Below, in pieces: positions 21,322 to 31,169 of a stretch of DNA of 64,000 bases (position 1 is the stretch's first letter; each line of letters begins with the position of its first letter). This DNA is from an uncultured Nitrospiraceae bacterium. GTDB lineage: Bacteria; Nitrospirota; Thermodesulfovibrionia; Thermodesulfovibrionales; Dissulfurispiraceae. The notes under the pieces were generated by a model. The model saw only the letters and a program-made list of their open reading frames with translations, had not been told where the DNA came from and made no database searches. The stretch lies in contig CAVSHF010000005.1 of NCBI GenBank assembly GCA_963727805.1, positions 992,001 to 1,056,000 on the forward strand. Direction: 5' to 3'. The position numbers were made by a program, and so were the translations under genes.

Positions 21322-23301
21322 CTAGGCAAACAGCTCTTTGTACGGAACTTTCTTGATTTCCCATGTGTTTGCTTCGGCGTTGTAGGTGGAGTTAACAAAG
21401 CACTTCCAGTCTTTGTCATTGATTGCGAGGAAGTCGCCTCTGTAGTAGTAGCCAGGATACCTGGACTCTTCCCTGAAGAGCATATGCCTTGCATGTGCCT
21501 CGACGGAAAGGATTCTGTGGTAGTTCTCCCAGCATCTCATGAGCTCGTGAAGGTTTGCCGCCGCCATCTTGTTGGCATCCTCTTTGAGCATCTCAAGTGC
21601 TTTCAGGCCCGTGTCGAGCATCGTCTTGGAGGTCATGTACCAAGTGCTGATACCGCCAAAGTACTCATCAGAGATCTTCTGAAGTCTTGCCTGAAGCATC
21701 TTGGGCTTGATGTAGTTCGGGTTAATAGTAGGGTCAGTCGAGTATACTTTGTATTTCTCGTAGACCTCATAAGGGAGATAGAGCTCTCCGGCGATTTCGT
21801 CGTTGGTCGCCTTGATTACCGGTTTGTAAGAAGCGTTGTCGAGGATAAAGGCAATTGCTGCCTTTGCAGCCATTCTTCCTTCGGCATGAGAGCCTGAGGA
21901 GAACTTGTGGCCGGAAGCACCGACAACGTCGCCGGCCATGAAGAGGCCCGGAACGGTCGACATCCTGTTATAGCCCCATGACCATTCTTTGGGTGTGCCC
22001 GGTATGTCGCCGGGGCCGCTGCACCAGAAACCTGCGCAACCTGCGTGCGAGCCGAGAAGGTATGGCTCAGTCGGCATGATTTCAGAAGGCTCCTTGTCCG
22101 GCTCAACGTTCTTGGATGCCCAGAGAACAGCTTGGCCGATACACATATCGAGGAAGTCTTCCCATGCTTCTGCCTCAAGGTGTTTGATCCTCTTGGCGTC
22201 CATCTTCGTGGCAAGCTCGGCCATAGCATCGTGGGTCCTCATGAGGATCGGGCCTTTGCCTTTTTTCATATCCATCATCATCATGTGGTTTCTGATGGCG
22301 GTTCCGAGCTTCTCAGCATAGGGGCTGTAAAGCTTCTTGGTCTCTTCAAAGTTCTCGCCTACGCAATAGTCTTCGCCGAGGGAGTTCGTCGCTTTGGCCT
22401 TAAAGAAAAGGAACCATGCGCCGACCGGACCGTATCCGTCCTTGAACCTGGCCGGTACGAACCTGTTTTCCATCAAGGTCAGCTCTGCACCGGCCTGCAT
22501 GCCGAGGGCATAACCTGAACCGGAGTTCCATACAGGATACCATGCACGACCCTGGCCTTCTGCAACCGATCTCGGCCTGAAACAGTTAACTGCACCACCA
22601 GCGGCGTTGATCATCGCCTTGGCCTTGAATAGATATATCTTGTTCTCTCTGACGCTAAATCCGGCGGCTGCGGCAACCCGTTTCGGATCATTGGCATCTT
22701 TGTAGAGCTTAACGATGAAGACTCTCTCATAATGGTTCTGGGCAACGCCGGTGGCTTTCCTGTTTACTTCGAGGGCTGCCTTTGCTGCTTCGGCTACAAC
22801 GACCTTGTAGGATTCGCCGTTGATCATGATCTGCCATTTGCCAGAACGGACAGGAACGCCGCCGTCTTTCAGCATGGCCTTGCCTGCTTCCTGCGCCTGG
22901 AACCCGTCGAGTGAGAAGCCGTCGTCGGCCTTTTTCCAGATTGGAAGTCCCCACTCCTCGAATAGATGGACTGAATCGTCAACGTGCCTTCCAAGGTCAT
23001 AAATAAGGTCTTCCCTGACAATACCCATCAAATCGGCTCTTACATATTTAACATAGTCTGCGCATTTATTCTCACCAAGATAGGTGTTGATGGCAGACAA
23101 TCCCATGGCCACGGCGCCGCTTCTGTCAGTGGCAGCCTTATCAACCATGGTAACCTTTAACCCCTTTGGGGTCGCCCAGCGGGATGCTTCAAAGGCTGCG
23201 CCGCAGCAAGCCATACCGCCGCCGATCAGCAGCAGGTCGGTCTCAACTTCAATGACTTCCGGCTTCTGGCAAAATGAAAATGTACAGGTCTCTTTTTCCA
23301 T
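21322..23301 (-). CDS. aprA: Adenylylsulfate (APS) reductase alpha subunit
   Basis: 'RSGAVAMGLSAINTY', 'WQIMINGESYK', 'RFKDGYGPVGAWFL', 'GHKFSSGSHAEGR'. Confidence 0.97.
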   Translation of the reverse strand: MEKETCTFSFCQKPEVIEVETDLLLIGGGMACCGAAFEASRWATPKGLKVTMVDKAATDRSGAVAMGLSAINTYLGENKCADYVKYVRADLMGIVREDLIYDLGRHVDDSVHLFEEWGLPIWKKADDGFSLDGFQAQEAGKAMLKDGGVPVRSGKWQIMINGESYKVVVAEAAKAALEVNRKATGVAQNHYERVFIVKLYKDANDPKRVAAAAGFSVRENKIYLFKAKAMINAAGGAVNCFRPRSVAEGQGRAWYPVWNSGSGYALGMQAGAELTLMENRFVPARFKDGYGPVGAWFLFFKAKATNSLGEDYCVGENFEETKKLYSPYAEKLGTAIRNHMMMMDMKKGKGPILMRTHDAMAELATKMDAKRIKHLEAEAWEDFLDMCIGQAVLWASKNVEPDKEPSEIMPTEPYLLGSHAGCAGFWCSGPGDIPGTPKEWSWGYNRMSTVPGLFMAGDVVGASGHKFSSGSHAEGRMAAKAAIAFILDNASYKPVIKATNDEIAGELYLPYEVYEKYKVYSTDPTINPNYIKPKMLQARLQKISDEYFGGISTWYMTSKTMLDTGLKALEMLKEDANKMAAANLHELMRCWENYHRILSVEAHARHMLFREESRYPGYYYRGDFLAINDKDWKCFVNSTYNAEANTWEIKKVPYKELFA

Positions 23302-23319
23302 AGTTCTTTCCCCCTTACC

Positions 23320-23739
23320 TTAGTCTTTCTTCGCCGGAGCATTGAAGAATCCCGGCTGTTTGATGGTTGCGAAATCGGCCTCCGGTTTCCCTGTATAGGG
23401 ATCGATCGAGCCTTCAGGAGTTGTCCTGATGGGGAATTTGAATCTCTTAAGAGACCCGTTCCTGAATTTCACGGTCCACATGATCGAGTCAGTGCCTCTC
23501 ATCGGGATAACGCTACCACCTAGCGGAACGAAATCCTGGTAGCCTCTCACTTCAATCGCCTGCTGAGGGCAAATCTTTACACAGTTGTAGCACTCCCAGC
23601 ACTGCTCGGGTTCCTGATTGAATGCCTTCATGATGCCCCTATCAAGAGCCATGAGGTCATTCGGACAGATGTACTGACAGGCTGTCTTGTCCTGAGCCTT
23701 GCAACCGTCACACTTCTCAGTAATTACGAAACTTGGCAT
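23320..23739 (-). CDS. aprB: APS reductase beta subunit
   Basis: 'CDGCK....TACQYICP', 'CWECYNCVKICP', 'KRFKFPIRTTPEG'. Confidence 0.97.
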   Translation of the reverse strand: MPSFVITEKCDGCKAQDKTACQYICPNDLMALDRGIMKAFNQEPEQCWECYNCVKICPQQAIEVRGYQDFVPLGGSVIPMRGTDSIMWTVKFRNGSLKRFKFPIRTTPEGSIDPYTGKPEADFATIKQPGFFNAPAKKD

Positions 23740-23911
23740 TATGCAACCTCCTTGTTGTGTTATGAGTGATTTAAGCCTTAATACATTTAAGAAATGGCGC
23801 CGAACCCCTGCTATCTCTAACCTTTCCGGACACCTCCTTTCATTATAGCCATAGGAAACAGCCTGATTATCCTGATCACGGCGGCTTCCCCCCTAGCCTG
23901 ATGTTTCAATA

Positions 23912-25132
23912 TTATTTTTTCTCTCCTTCGGCGTACTTGTGCAACTTAATCTCTACCTTTTCGGTGAGCCCGGCATAATACTCTCTGAGGATATTGAGAA
24001 CCTCGATTCGGCTGAACTTCGGCGTAACCTCTTCGCCCTCTGAAAGCATCTTCCTCAACTTGGTTCCACTGAGCATAATCCGATCGTCTTTGCCATGCGG
24101 ACAGGTCTTCATCGACGCCATGCCTTCGCACTTGTCGCAATAGAAGGTCCAGTCGATGTTCAGCGCCTTGGTCTCAAGCGCATCTTTCGGGATGACGTCG
24201 AATATCTTCTGCGCATCGAACGGGCCGTAGTACTCGCCAACGCCTGCATGGTCACGGCCGACGATGAGATGGCTGCAGCCGTAATTCTGCCTGAAGAGAG
24301 CGTGAAGCAACGCCTCTCTCGGACCGGCATAACGCATATCGAGCGGATACCCGCCAACCTGGACGGTGTTTTTCACAAAGTACTTTTCGACAAGGACATC
24401 GATGCATTTCTGCCGGACATCAGAAGGAATGTCCCCCGGTTTGAGTTTGCCCAGAAGCATGTGAATGTAAACGCCGTCGCAGACTTCAACTGCGATCTTT
24501 GCAAGAAACTCATGTGAACGGTGCATCGGGTTCCTGGTCTGGAATGCTGCAACCCGGCTCCAGCCCTTTTCTTCAAAAGATTTTCTAGTTTCAGCCGGAC
24601 GCTGATAGATGGTCGGATACTCGGTCGGGAAGGTGCCTTCGCTTATGACCTTGACCGGTCCTGCAAGGTTGACCTCTGCCTGGTCCATAACCATCTTGAC
24701 GCCAGGATGCTCGACTTCGGTGGTCTTATAGATCTCTTTGCACTCATAAGCTTTGTCGATGGTGTACTTCTCGGTGACCTTCATGGTCGCCATGATCTCG
24801 TTAAACTCATCAGAGAAGAGTGCAATCTCTTGGCCTTCTTTGATGCCGTCGGCATCAGCCTTGGAGCATGAAACAGTAATCGGGATCGGCCAGAAGGTGC
24901 CATCGGCCATCTTGAACTCGGCGCAGACGCCTTTCCAGTCAGCTTTGGTCATAAAGCCAGTGAGTGGGGTGAAGCCGCCAATACCCATCATGATGAGGTC
25001 GCCGGTTTCGCGTGAGCTTATGTTGATCTTCTTGAGTCCCGCAGCTTTTTTCTTCTCGGCCTCGAGTGCCGCACCAGTTAGCAGCAGCGGTTTAAGTTTC
25101 TTTTCTTTACCATGGGGATTTACTAATGCCAT
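23912..25132 (-). CDS. sat: Sulfate adenylyltransferase
   Basis: '[12 protein letters not shown]', 'MRYAGPREA', 'GRDHAG', Zn site CxxC...CPH. Confidence 0.97.
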   Translation of the reverse strand: MALVNPHGKEKKLKPLLLTGAALEAEKKKAAGLKKINISSRETGDLIMMGIGGFTPLTGFMTKADWKGVCAEFKMADGTFWPIPITVSCSKADADGIKEGQEIALFSDEFNEIMATMKVTEKYTIDKAYECKEIYKTTEVEHPGVKMVMDQAEVNLAGPVKVISEGTFPTEYPTIYQRPAETRKSFEEKGWSRVAAFQTRNPMHRSHEFLAKIAVEVCDGVYIHMLLGKLKPGDIPSDVRQKCIDVLVEKYFVKNTVQVGGYPLDMRYAGPREALLHALFRQNYGCSHLIVGRDHAGVGEYYGPFDAQKIFDVIPKDALETKALNIDWTFYCDKCEGMASMKTCPHGKDDRIMLSGTKLRKMLSEGEEVTPKFSRIEVLNILREYYAGLTEKVEIKLHKYAEGEKK

Positions 25133-25188
25133 ATAAAATATCCTCCTCTTTATTGTTACTCTTCAAGACAAAGCTTGAAATTCAGAGA

Positions 25189-25836
25189 TTAACTGAGTCC
25201 TAGCTTGCTGCATACTTGTTTGAATATATCGTCGATGCTGCCGGTACCGGCAACCGATTTTACAATACCCTTCTTGTTGTAATAATCGATTAGTGGAGCG
25301 GTGGAGGCGGTGTATACCTCAAGGCGCTTCTTGATCGTTTCTTCTTTGTCATCATCCCTCTGGAACAGCGCGCCACCGCACTTATCGCAGACACCTTCCT
25401 TTTTTGACGCAGAGGAATATATGTTGTACATCTGTCCGCAAGCCTTGCAGGTCCTCCTTCCGGTAAGCCTTTTCATAAGGTCCTCAAAGGGGACGTCAAC
25501 GCTAAGAGCTGCATCAAGCGACATTTTGAGCGCTGCCAACATCTTGTCGAGAGCCTCTGCCTGCGATGTATTCCTCGGGAACCCATCGAGGATATAGCCT
25601 TTCTTACAGTCATCCTGTTTCAGCCTTTCTTCGACCATGCCGAGAACGACTCTATCCGGGACGAGTTCACCCTTATCCATAAATGATTTTGCTTCCTTAC
25701 CAAGCGCCGTACCGGACGCCACAGCTGCCCTCAAAAGGTCTCCTGTCGAGACCTGTGGGGTACCATACTTTTCAACTAACTTCTTTGCTTGTGTACCTTT
25801 TCCGGCACCTGGCGCACCGAGAAGAACGATTCTCAT
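25189..25836 (-). CDS. adk: Adenylate kinase
   Basis: 'GAPGAGKGTQ', 'LDGFPR', Zn-binding lid CxxC...CxxC. Confidence 0.96.
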   Translation of the reverse strand: MRIVLLGAPGAGKGTQAKKLVEKYGTPQVSTGDLLRAAVASGTALGKEAKSFMDKGELVPDRVVLGMVEERLKQDDCKKGYILDGFPRNTSQAEALDKMLAALKMSLDAALSVDVPFEDLMKRLTGRRTCKACGQMYNIYSSASKKEGVCDKCGGALFQRDDDKEETIKKRLEVYTASTAPLIDYYNKKGIVKSVAGTGSIDDIFKQVCSKLGLS

Positions 25837-25959
25837 TCAGAGACCTCCAAATTTATAAGGATAGTAATTGCGGTATATACGTTAAACAGTGGGAAATTTG
25901 AAAATCAATTTTAAAATTATAATCAGAAGATTAGTTTTCCTTATAAATAATGCAAGTGA

Positions 25960-26562
25960 CTAATATAAATGACTTTTTATGTGAGCTTTGAGCTTTTTAA
26001 GTGCCTCATTACGGTGACTGAGAGCATCTTTTTCTTCCGGCCCCATCTGTCCGAAGGTTTTTTTAAGGCCTGTTGGGTAGAAAACAGGGTCATAACCAAA
26101 TCCCATTGTTCCGATGGGATATTCACCGATTCGCCCTTCGATGGTACCATTAAATGTATATATTTCGCCATTAGGGCAAACCAGCGCAATCACGCAGACA
26201 AACCGGCCTCCTCTCTTTTCTGGAAGCAGGTCTTTCATGTCAAAAAGCAATTTGCTATTATTGGTCTTATCATCGGCAATCGTGCCGGCATATCGCGCTG
26301 ATCTTACGCCGGGCGCGCCGTTCAGCGCATAGACCTCAAGCCCCGAGTCATCGGATACCGCCATCTTCCCAGTACATTTCGATATTGCAACAGCTTTTCT
26401 TATTGCATTCCCTTCAAAGGAGTCCTCATCTTCATCAACTTCAGGACATAAGGGAAAGTCGTCAAGGGTCAAGACCGTGATTTCCATCCCGTCGAGGATC
26501 CGGCGAATCTCTTCGACCTTTTTTTTATTTCTCGTGGCAAGTACGATCTCCATGGTCTTCAT
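25960..26562 (-). CDS. rdgB: XTP/dITP diphosphatase (HAM1 family)
   Basis: 'ATRNKKK', 'DDSGL', 'GFGYDP', 'SHR'. Confidence 0.93.
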   Translation of the reverse strand: MKTMEIVLATRNKKKVEEIRRILDGMEITVLTLDDFPLCPEVDEDEDSFEGNAIRKAVAISKCTGKMAVSDDSGLEVYALNGAPGVRSARYAGTIADDKTNNSKLLFDMKDLLPEKRGGRFVCVIALVCPNGEIYTFNGTIEGRIGEYPIGTMGFGYDPVFYPTGLKKTFGQMGPEEKDALSHRNEALKKLKAHIKSHLY

Positions 26563-27701
26563 CTTAACAGAGGTGGGGAAATAATTTCTGCATAACCATC
26601 TTGCAGTACCCTATCATTATTATGTCACTGTTATTGGTTTGAAGAAGCTATGCATGTTGTACTGCTGAGAAATATTTCCTGGAAGTGCTTAAAAGCCTTT
26701 CTTTGCAAATTGGCTCAGCTGCCCACGCACGACTTATTTTACCCGGATAGGCTGCGTTGCATCCGTCATCGGGGGTGCAGCCAGCGGTGTCGGATTAGTA
26801 ATTCATGTATAAAGCGACAATGTCTTGCTCTTCAGGAACTGTCGGTCATCGGAGACGAACATGACGGTTTTGCCGTGGAATGGCATCGCCGTTCGCCGAC
26901 GGGGAAACTCATATCTAAGGATGTCTCTCCTTTGGCAACGCATCTGTCTTTCTTACAAGACCCTTCACTTTCTCCTTTACTCACAAAATTGTTAGTTCTA
27001 TCAGAATCCCCTCTCCCTGTTGCTTATATAAAAAAAATAAGCGTTTTACTCATTTTTAATGGCTCAGGAGCATATATTTTTACGATACCATATTTTCTAC
27101 CTGGACAATGTTAAGGGCGGACCCTTCTTCTTCTTTTCATTTCTTGGCCTTCGTCATCCACGATCCCTAGCCCTCAGAGTCGGGAAATCCCCAGCATCGT
27201 CTACAAAAAGTATATATTTGCCTCAGAGCCTCTAGCCCAAGCATAAAAAACTATCGCTATCGAGCGACTGGCCTTCAAGAGGGGAAGCTTCAGGGCAAAC
27301 TGTATTGAAGTGCCGCAGCCTGTTGCTATGGCCGTATCTGCCGGCAATAGACCTTCTGCAGGGCTCGACGTATGCGAGCTACCTTGGTGCGGGTCCCCGA
27401 TGCAGAAGAATGTCGCTGGATAGCAAGTAACCGCTGACACCCTAAGATCATAAGGCTGAAAATTCAGGTATCCTTTCTTGGACAGCATTTGTGTAATAGA
27501 GCTATTGAGTCATAGAAATACATGGAAATTAAATAATATTTCTAAGTAATCAAGCGGTTTAGCTATCTAAGTTCAGGACTATTTCTCAAATATATCTTTG
27601 TGGCTATTTATTTATAAGGGATTTAGATGTATTAAGTCTATGCGGGTGGGCAATTTGTTTCAGCAAAGGCATCTCCTGAGATTAGGACAAGAAATACATA
27701 A

Positions 27702-27737
27702 AAAAGGAGGCAAATTCGTCAGACTTTGCCTCCTTTT
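27702..27737. terminator. Bidirectional intrinsic terminator
   Basis: AAAAGGAGGCAAA / TTTGCCTCCTTTT stem 18 nt after the 27756 stop. Confidence 0.8.
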
Positions 27738-27755
27738 CCGCTTAAAAGAATCGGC

Positions 27756-29639
27756 TTATTTTACGATTGGCTTGTCCCCTGCCATTCCAAAAGTCATCAC
27801 AGCATCAATCCCCGGATCCCAAATATTATTTCCGTTAGTATCGACATACCAGGTACCATTTCTGAATACGCCAATCTTTGTCTTTCCGTCGCCATTCCAG
27901 TCGCCGATAACGGGGATATCCCCGGCTGTACCGAAGGGAATTGTTGCATCAACACCTGGATCCCATTCATTGTTCCCGTTCGTATCGAGGTACCAATAAC
28001 CATTTCTGAATACGCCGATCTTAATCTTTCCGGTACCATTCCAGTCGCCGACAACGGGGATGTCTCCGGCTGTACCGAAAGGAATCGCCGCATCAACACC
28101 TGGATCCCATGCATTATTGCCGTTCGTATCGAGGTACCAATAACCATTTCTGAATACGCCGATCTTGGTTTTCCCATCACCATTCCAGTCACCAACAACA
28201 GGGACATCTCCGGCCATACCGAAGGGAACCACAACATCAACACCCGGATCCCATGCATTATTCCCGTTCATATCGAGATACCAAATGCCGTTTCTGAATA
28301 CACCGATTTTTTTCGTGCCAGTGCCATCCCAATCACCCATGACTGGTATGTCTCCGGCTGTTCCAAAGGGACTAGCAGTGTCCACACTTGCATCCCACAT
28401 TCCGTTTTGATTCATATCCATGTACCACATGCCGTTTCTGAATACACCTATATGTGATTGTGTGGCGGTTACCGAAACCGTAGCGCTCATGCTTGTAGAG
28501 ACATTACCAGCTGCGTCCTTGGCCCAGGCATAGAAGGTTCTGCTGCCTGCTGCAGAGGCAGTGTGCGATGTCGGAGCGGTTGCGGACCATCCTGCGGCGG
28601 AGGCAGTAGGCGCAGTTGCGGTCTCTGTAACAATATATCCAGTTACTGCTACGTTGTCCGTGGCGGTGAAAAGGGTAATCGGAACATTGAGAGAAGTGGC
28701 AGTGGCAGGCATAGTGAATCCAGTCACTGTGGGAGCCGTAGTGTCAATGGTAATGGTTATAGAAGCACTGAGACTGGTCGAGACGTTACCCGCAGCATCC
28801 TTTGCCCATGCGTATAGGGTATGAGCGCCTGCGGCAGCTACAGTATATGAAGTAGGGGCCGTTGCGGACCATCCCGCTGCTGAAGCGGCTGGCGCCGTAG
28901 CCGATTCACTAACCAGATAACCGGTCACCCCAACGTTATCCGTTGCGGTGAAACTGGTGATTGATATGGTCAAAGAGGTTGCAGTTGCCGGAATAGTGAA
29001 AGCTGAGACAGTAGGAGGAGTGGTGTCAGGGGGAAGGGTGATTGTGACTGAAGCGCTTCTGCTTGCTGACACGTTACCCGCAGCATCCTTTGCCCATGCG
29101 TAAAGGGTATGAGCACCTGCGGCAGCTGCAGTATATGAAGTAGGGGCCGTTGCGGACCAACCCGCTGCTGAAGCGGCTGGCGCCGTGGCCGATTCACTAA
29201 CCAGATAACCGGTCACCCCAACGTTATCCGTCGCTGTGATGCTAATGCCTGATACGGTCAGTGAAGTTGCGGTAGCCGGGACCGTAAAAGCGGTCACTGT
29301 CGGCGGAATAGTGTCTACTGTGGCAGCTGGATGACTCGTTGCGTCGCCCGGCCATGTTAATGCTTGAATCTCGACAATGTTGGTATAACCATCACCATCC
29401 GAATCCTTTTGCTCAATAGCAGTAAAACTATGACCCGCAGTTGCAAAATCGTTTCCATATCCATTACGAGTACCGCCTCCCGCCGGGTCTATATGGCACA
29501 GTTGACATTGACCAAGTGTCGCAGCCGCTGCTGGATAGGTAGTCATAAAAGTGTCTAGATAGGTCGGCAATGCGCTTGCTGCAGTAGCACCCACGGCTAC
29601 AATTGCTAATGCGACAATTAATTTGATAATCCGTTTCAT
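27756..29639 (-). CDS. Secreted modular protein: CxxCH domain + 3 Ig-like repeats + 5 FG-GAP-like repeats
   Basis: Sec signal (…ASA|LP), CQLCH, DSDGDG, three ~95-aa 'DTxPPTV…AKDAAGNVS' repeats, five 48-aa 'IGVFRNG…GDWNG' repeats; start set by GAGGAGG RBS. Confidence 0.85.
   Translation of the reverse strand: MKRIIKLIVALAIVAVGATAASALPTYLDTFMTTYPAAAATLGQCQLCHIDPAGGGTRNGYGNDFATAGHSFTAIEQKDSDGDGYTNIVEIQALTWPGDATSHPAATVDTIPPTVTAFTVPATATSLTVSGISITATDNVGVTGYLVSESATAPAASAAGWSATAPTSYTAAAAGAHTLYAWAKDAAGNVSASRSASVTITLPPDTTPPTVSAFTIPATATSLTISITSFTATDNVGVTGYLVSESATAPAASAAGWSATAPTSYTVAAAGAHTLYAWAKDAAGNVSTSLSASITITIDTTAPTVTGFTMPATATSLNVPITLFTATDNVAVTGYIVTETATAPTASAAGWSATAPTSHTASAAGSRTFYAWAKDAAGNVSTSMSATVSVTATQSHIGVFRNGMWYMDMNQNGMWDASVDTASPFGTAGDIPVMGDWDGTGTKKIGVFRNGIWYLDMNGNNAWDPGVDVVVPFGMAGDVPVVGDWNGDGKTKIGVFRNGYWYLDTNGNNAWDPGVDAAIPFGTAGDIPVVGDWNGTGKIKIGVFRNGYWYLDTNGNNEWDPGVDATIPFGTAGDIPVIGDWNGDGKTKIGVFRNGTWYVDTNGNNIWDPGIDAVMTFGMAGDKPIVK
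27759..28451 (-). repeat. Coding tandem repeat, ~4.8 x 144 bp
   Basis: Unit IGVFRNGxWYLDxNGNxxWDPGVDxxxPFGxAGDxPVVGDWNGxGKxK repeated five times, last copy 39 aa. Confidence 0.92.
28470..29315 (-). repeat. Coding tandem repeat, 3 x ~285 bp Ig-like domains
   Basis: Near-identical DNA at 28783 and 29071 (offset 288 bp); third copy more diverged. Confidence 0.9.
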
Positions 29640-30059
29640 TTGCATCCTCCTCTTAGGACTAATGATCTTGAATAGATCCCACGCACTATGCAGTGCCATG
29701 CTGATTTAATAATACAGAATTAATATGAAATAATTATTAAGAAAGAATTAAGTTTTCTTAATTATTACTCTGTAAGCAGATTCTTTATCCTTGTCAATCG
29801 GGGGCTAGGTAGCGTGCAAAAGTGGCTCCCAGCATTGGAGTCAAAAATAGGACAAGGGCGCCTACGGCTTTAGATGAATAACATTCAGCGTATTAAGCCA
29901 TATATGAATCCAACTGAAAGAACTCAATTCTGAGGCCTAATCTAGTATTATAAAAGCGTCACACATATATAGAGCATTTTGAGCGTACATGGCACGTGAA
30001 TCTCTCATGATCACAAATGAATGTTCTCTTGCCAACGATCAGCTATTGCCTTTCCATTG

Positions 30060-30198
30060 TCTGCGGCAAACCCGCAGGGATGATCGCGAACTCATCACCG
30101 TCGATTATTGCAATCATATCATCAAGTCAGATAAGCACCCTGTCTCCCTCCCGGTGGCCAAATTAATCGTTAATTTTCTTCAGGCAGTCGAGGTTAGC
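30060..30198 (-). pseudogene. GGDEF (diguanylate cyclase) domain remnant
   Basis: Minus-strand translation 'ANLDCLKKIND*FGHREGDRVLI*LDDMIAIIDGDEFAII' with two stops and an internal deletion. Confidence 0.75.
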
Positions 30199-30495
30199 TA
30201 ACATTAGAAAATAGGTCCCGCCTACGATCATCTATTATAAGGGTGCTTGTGTAGGCAACCCCAAAAGACGAACTGTTCAAAACTGGTCATAGTCGTAATG
30301 TTCGAGGGCATAGGGCATTACCGGATAATATAAAGTCATCAGGAGCATTAGCAGAAACTGACGGCACCCCATAATGTTCATAGAAACTTCTGCATGACCG
30401 GAGGGGGTATGTTGTGGATCAAATCTGTTAATAAGAGCTGAGAGGCCTGCATCAAGTCATAATTCTCAAGGTCAAAGCAAAAGCGGTCAGGACAA

Positions 30496-31002
30496 CTAGA
30501 AATACTTAAGCATTTCCCCAAATATCAGGGCATCTTCAATTTCGGTGTCAAGTGTATGTTCAACTGACCCGTTACTGATCAAGGAATAATATTGCTCAGC
30601 GGAAACGGTATGTCCTAAGGTTCCTAATCTGGGATTGGATTCAAAATATTGCCATATTTTATGCGGGGCGAAGGCTCCTTTGATCAAATCTGAAAATTCG
30701 CCCAGAATTGCCTCAGTATCAATAATTGTTTCTTTTTCCTGCTCGTAGGTCTCATCTAAGTTCTCTACATACTTACTATTCCCATACATCCTTTCACGCA
30801 AGGGATTGTACCAAGTCTTCTTCCGTTCTTCAGAAATTGTTCTTATACTACGTCGTGACTCGTAAATAGAAGCGGCAAGATTATAGAATTTCTCTCCTAT
30901 GACATACCCTAAGGCCTTTTCAATTCCAAAACGACGTTCAATCCCTTCGGCGGCTTCCACCCATTCTTTTAGTTGATCACCATTTGTAAATATTCTACTC
31001 AT
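30496..31002 (-). CDS. Hypothetical protein
   Basis: 168-aa ORF with protein-like composition ('AAEGIERRFGIEKALGYVIGEKF'); no recognised family. Confidence 0.6.
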   Translation of the reverse strand: MSRIFTNGDQLKEWVEAAEGIERRFGIEKALGYVIGEKFYNLAASIYESRRSIRTISEERKKTWYNPLRERMYGNSKYVENLDETYEQEKETIIDTEAILGEFSDLIKGAFAPHKIWQYFESNPRLGTLGHTVSAEQYYSLISNGSVEHTLDTEIEDALIFGEMLKYF

Positions 31003-31169
31003 ACTGATTATTATACCGTTCTATGCAGCGGAACGGGAATGACTCTACAGACCAATCCGGGATCATATCCTTAATCCTGATGGGTCTTTGGTGCATTAGA
31101 GTCCGAATCTTAAAAATCTCGTCACTAAAGGTTCGTCAGGAACTCGGAGTGATGTCGAGGAAAGTAACC

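Noticed and set aside
27290..27330. CAGGGCAAAC resembling the start of a c-di-GMP-I riboswitch
   Set aside because: No GNRA-capped stem or downstream GACGCAAAG element, and no gene in suitable position
26650..27600. ORFs 26650-27114 and 27201-27488
   Set aside because: Non-protein-like composition, no RBS or motifs; treated as non-coding or unrecognisable remnants
27759..29315. Periodic DNA repeats that could suggest a CRISPR array or DGR target
   Set aside because: Periods are multiples of 3 (144 and ~288 bp) inside one ORF with mostly conservative variation; no spacers, cas genes or reverse transcriptase
29683..29698. Sigma54-like TGGCAC…GC upstream of the secreted CxxCH protein
   Set aside because: Spacing is GG-N11-GC, not the required N10; may instead be a short GCACT/AGTGC inverted repeat
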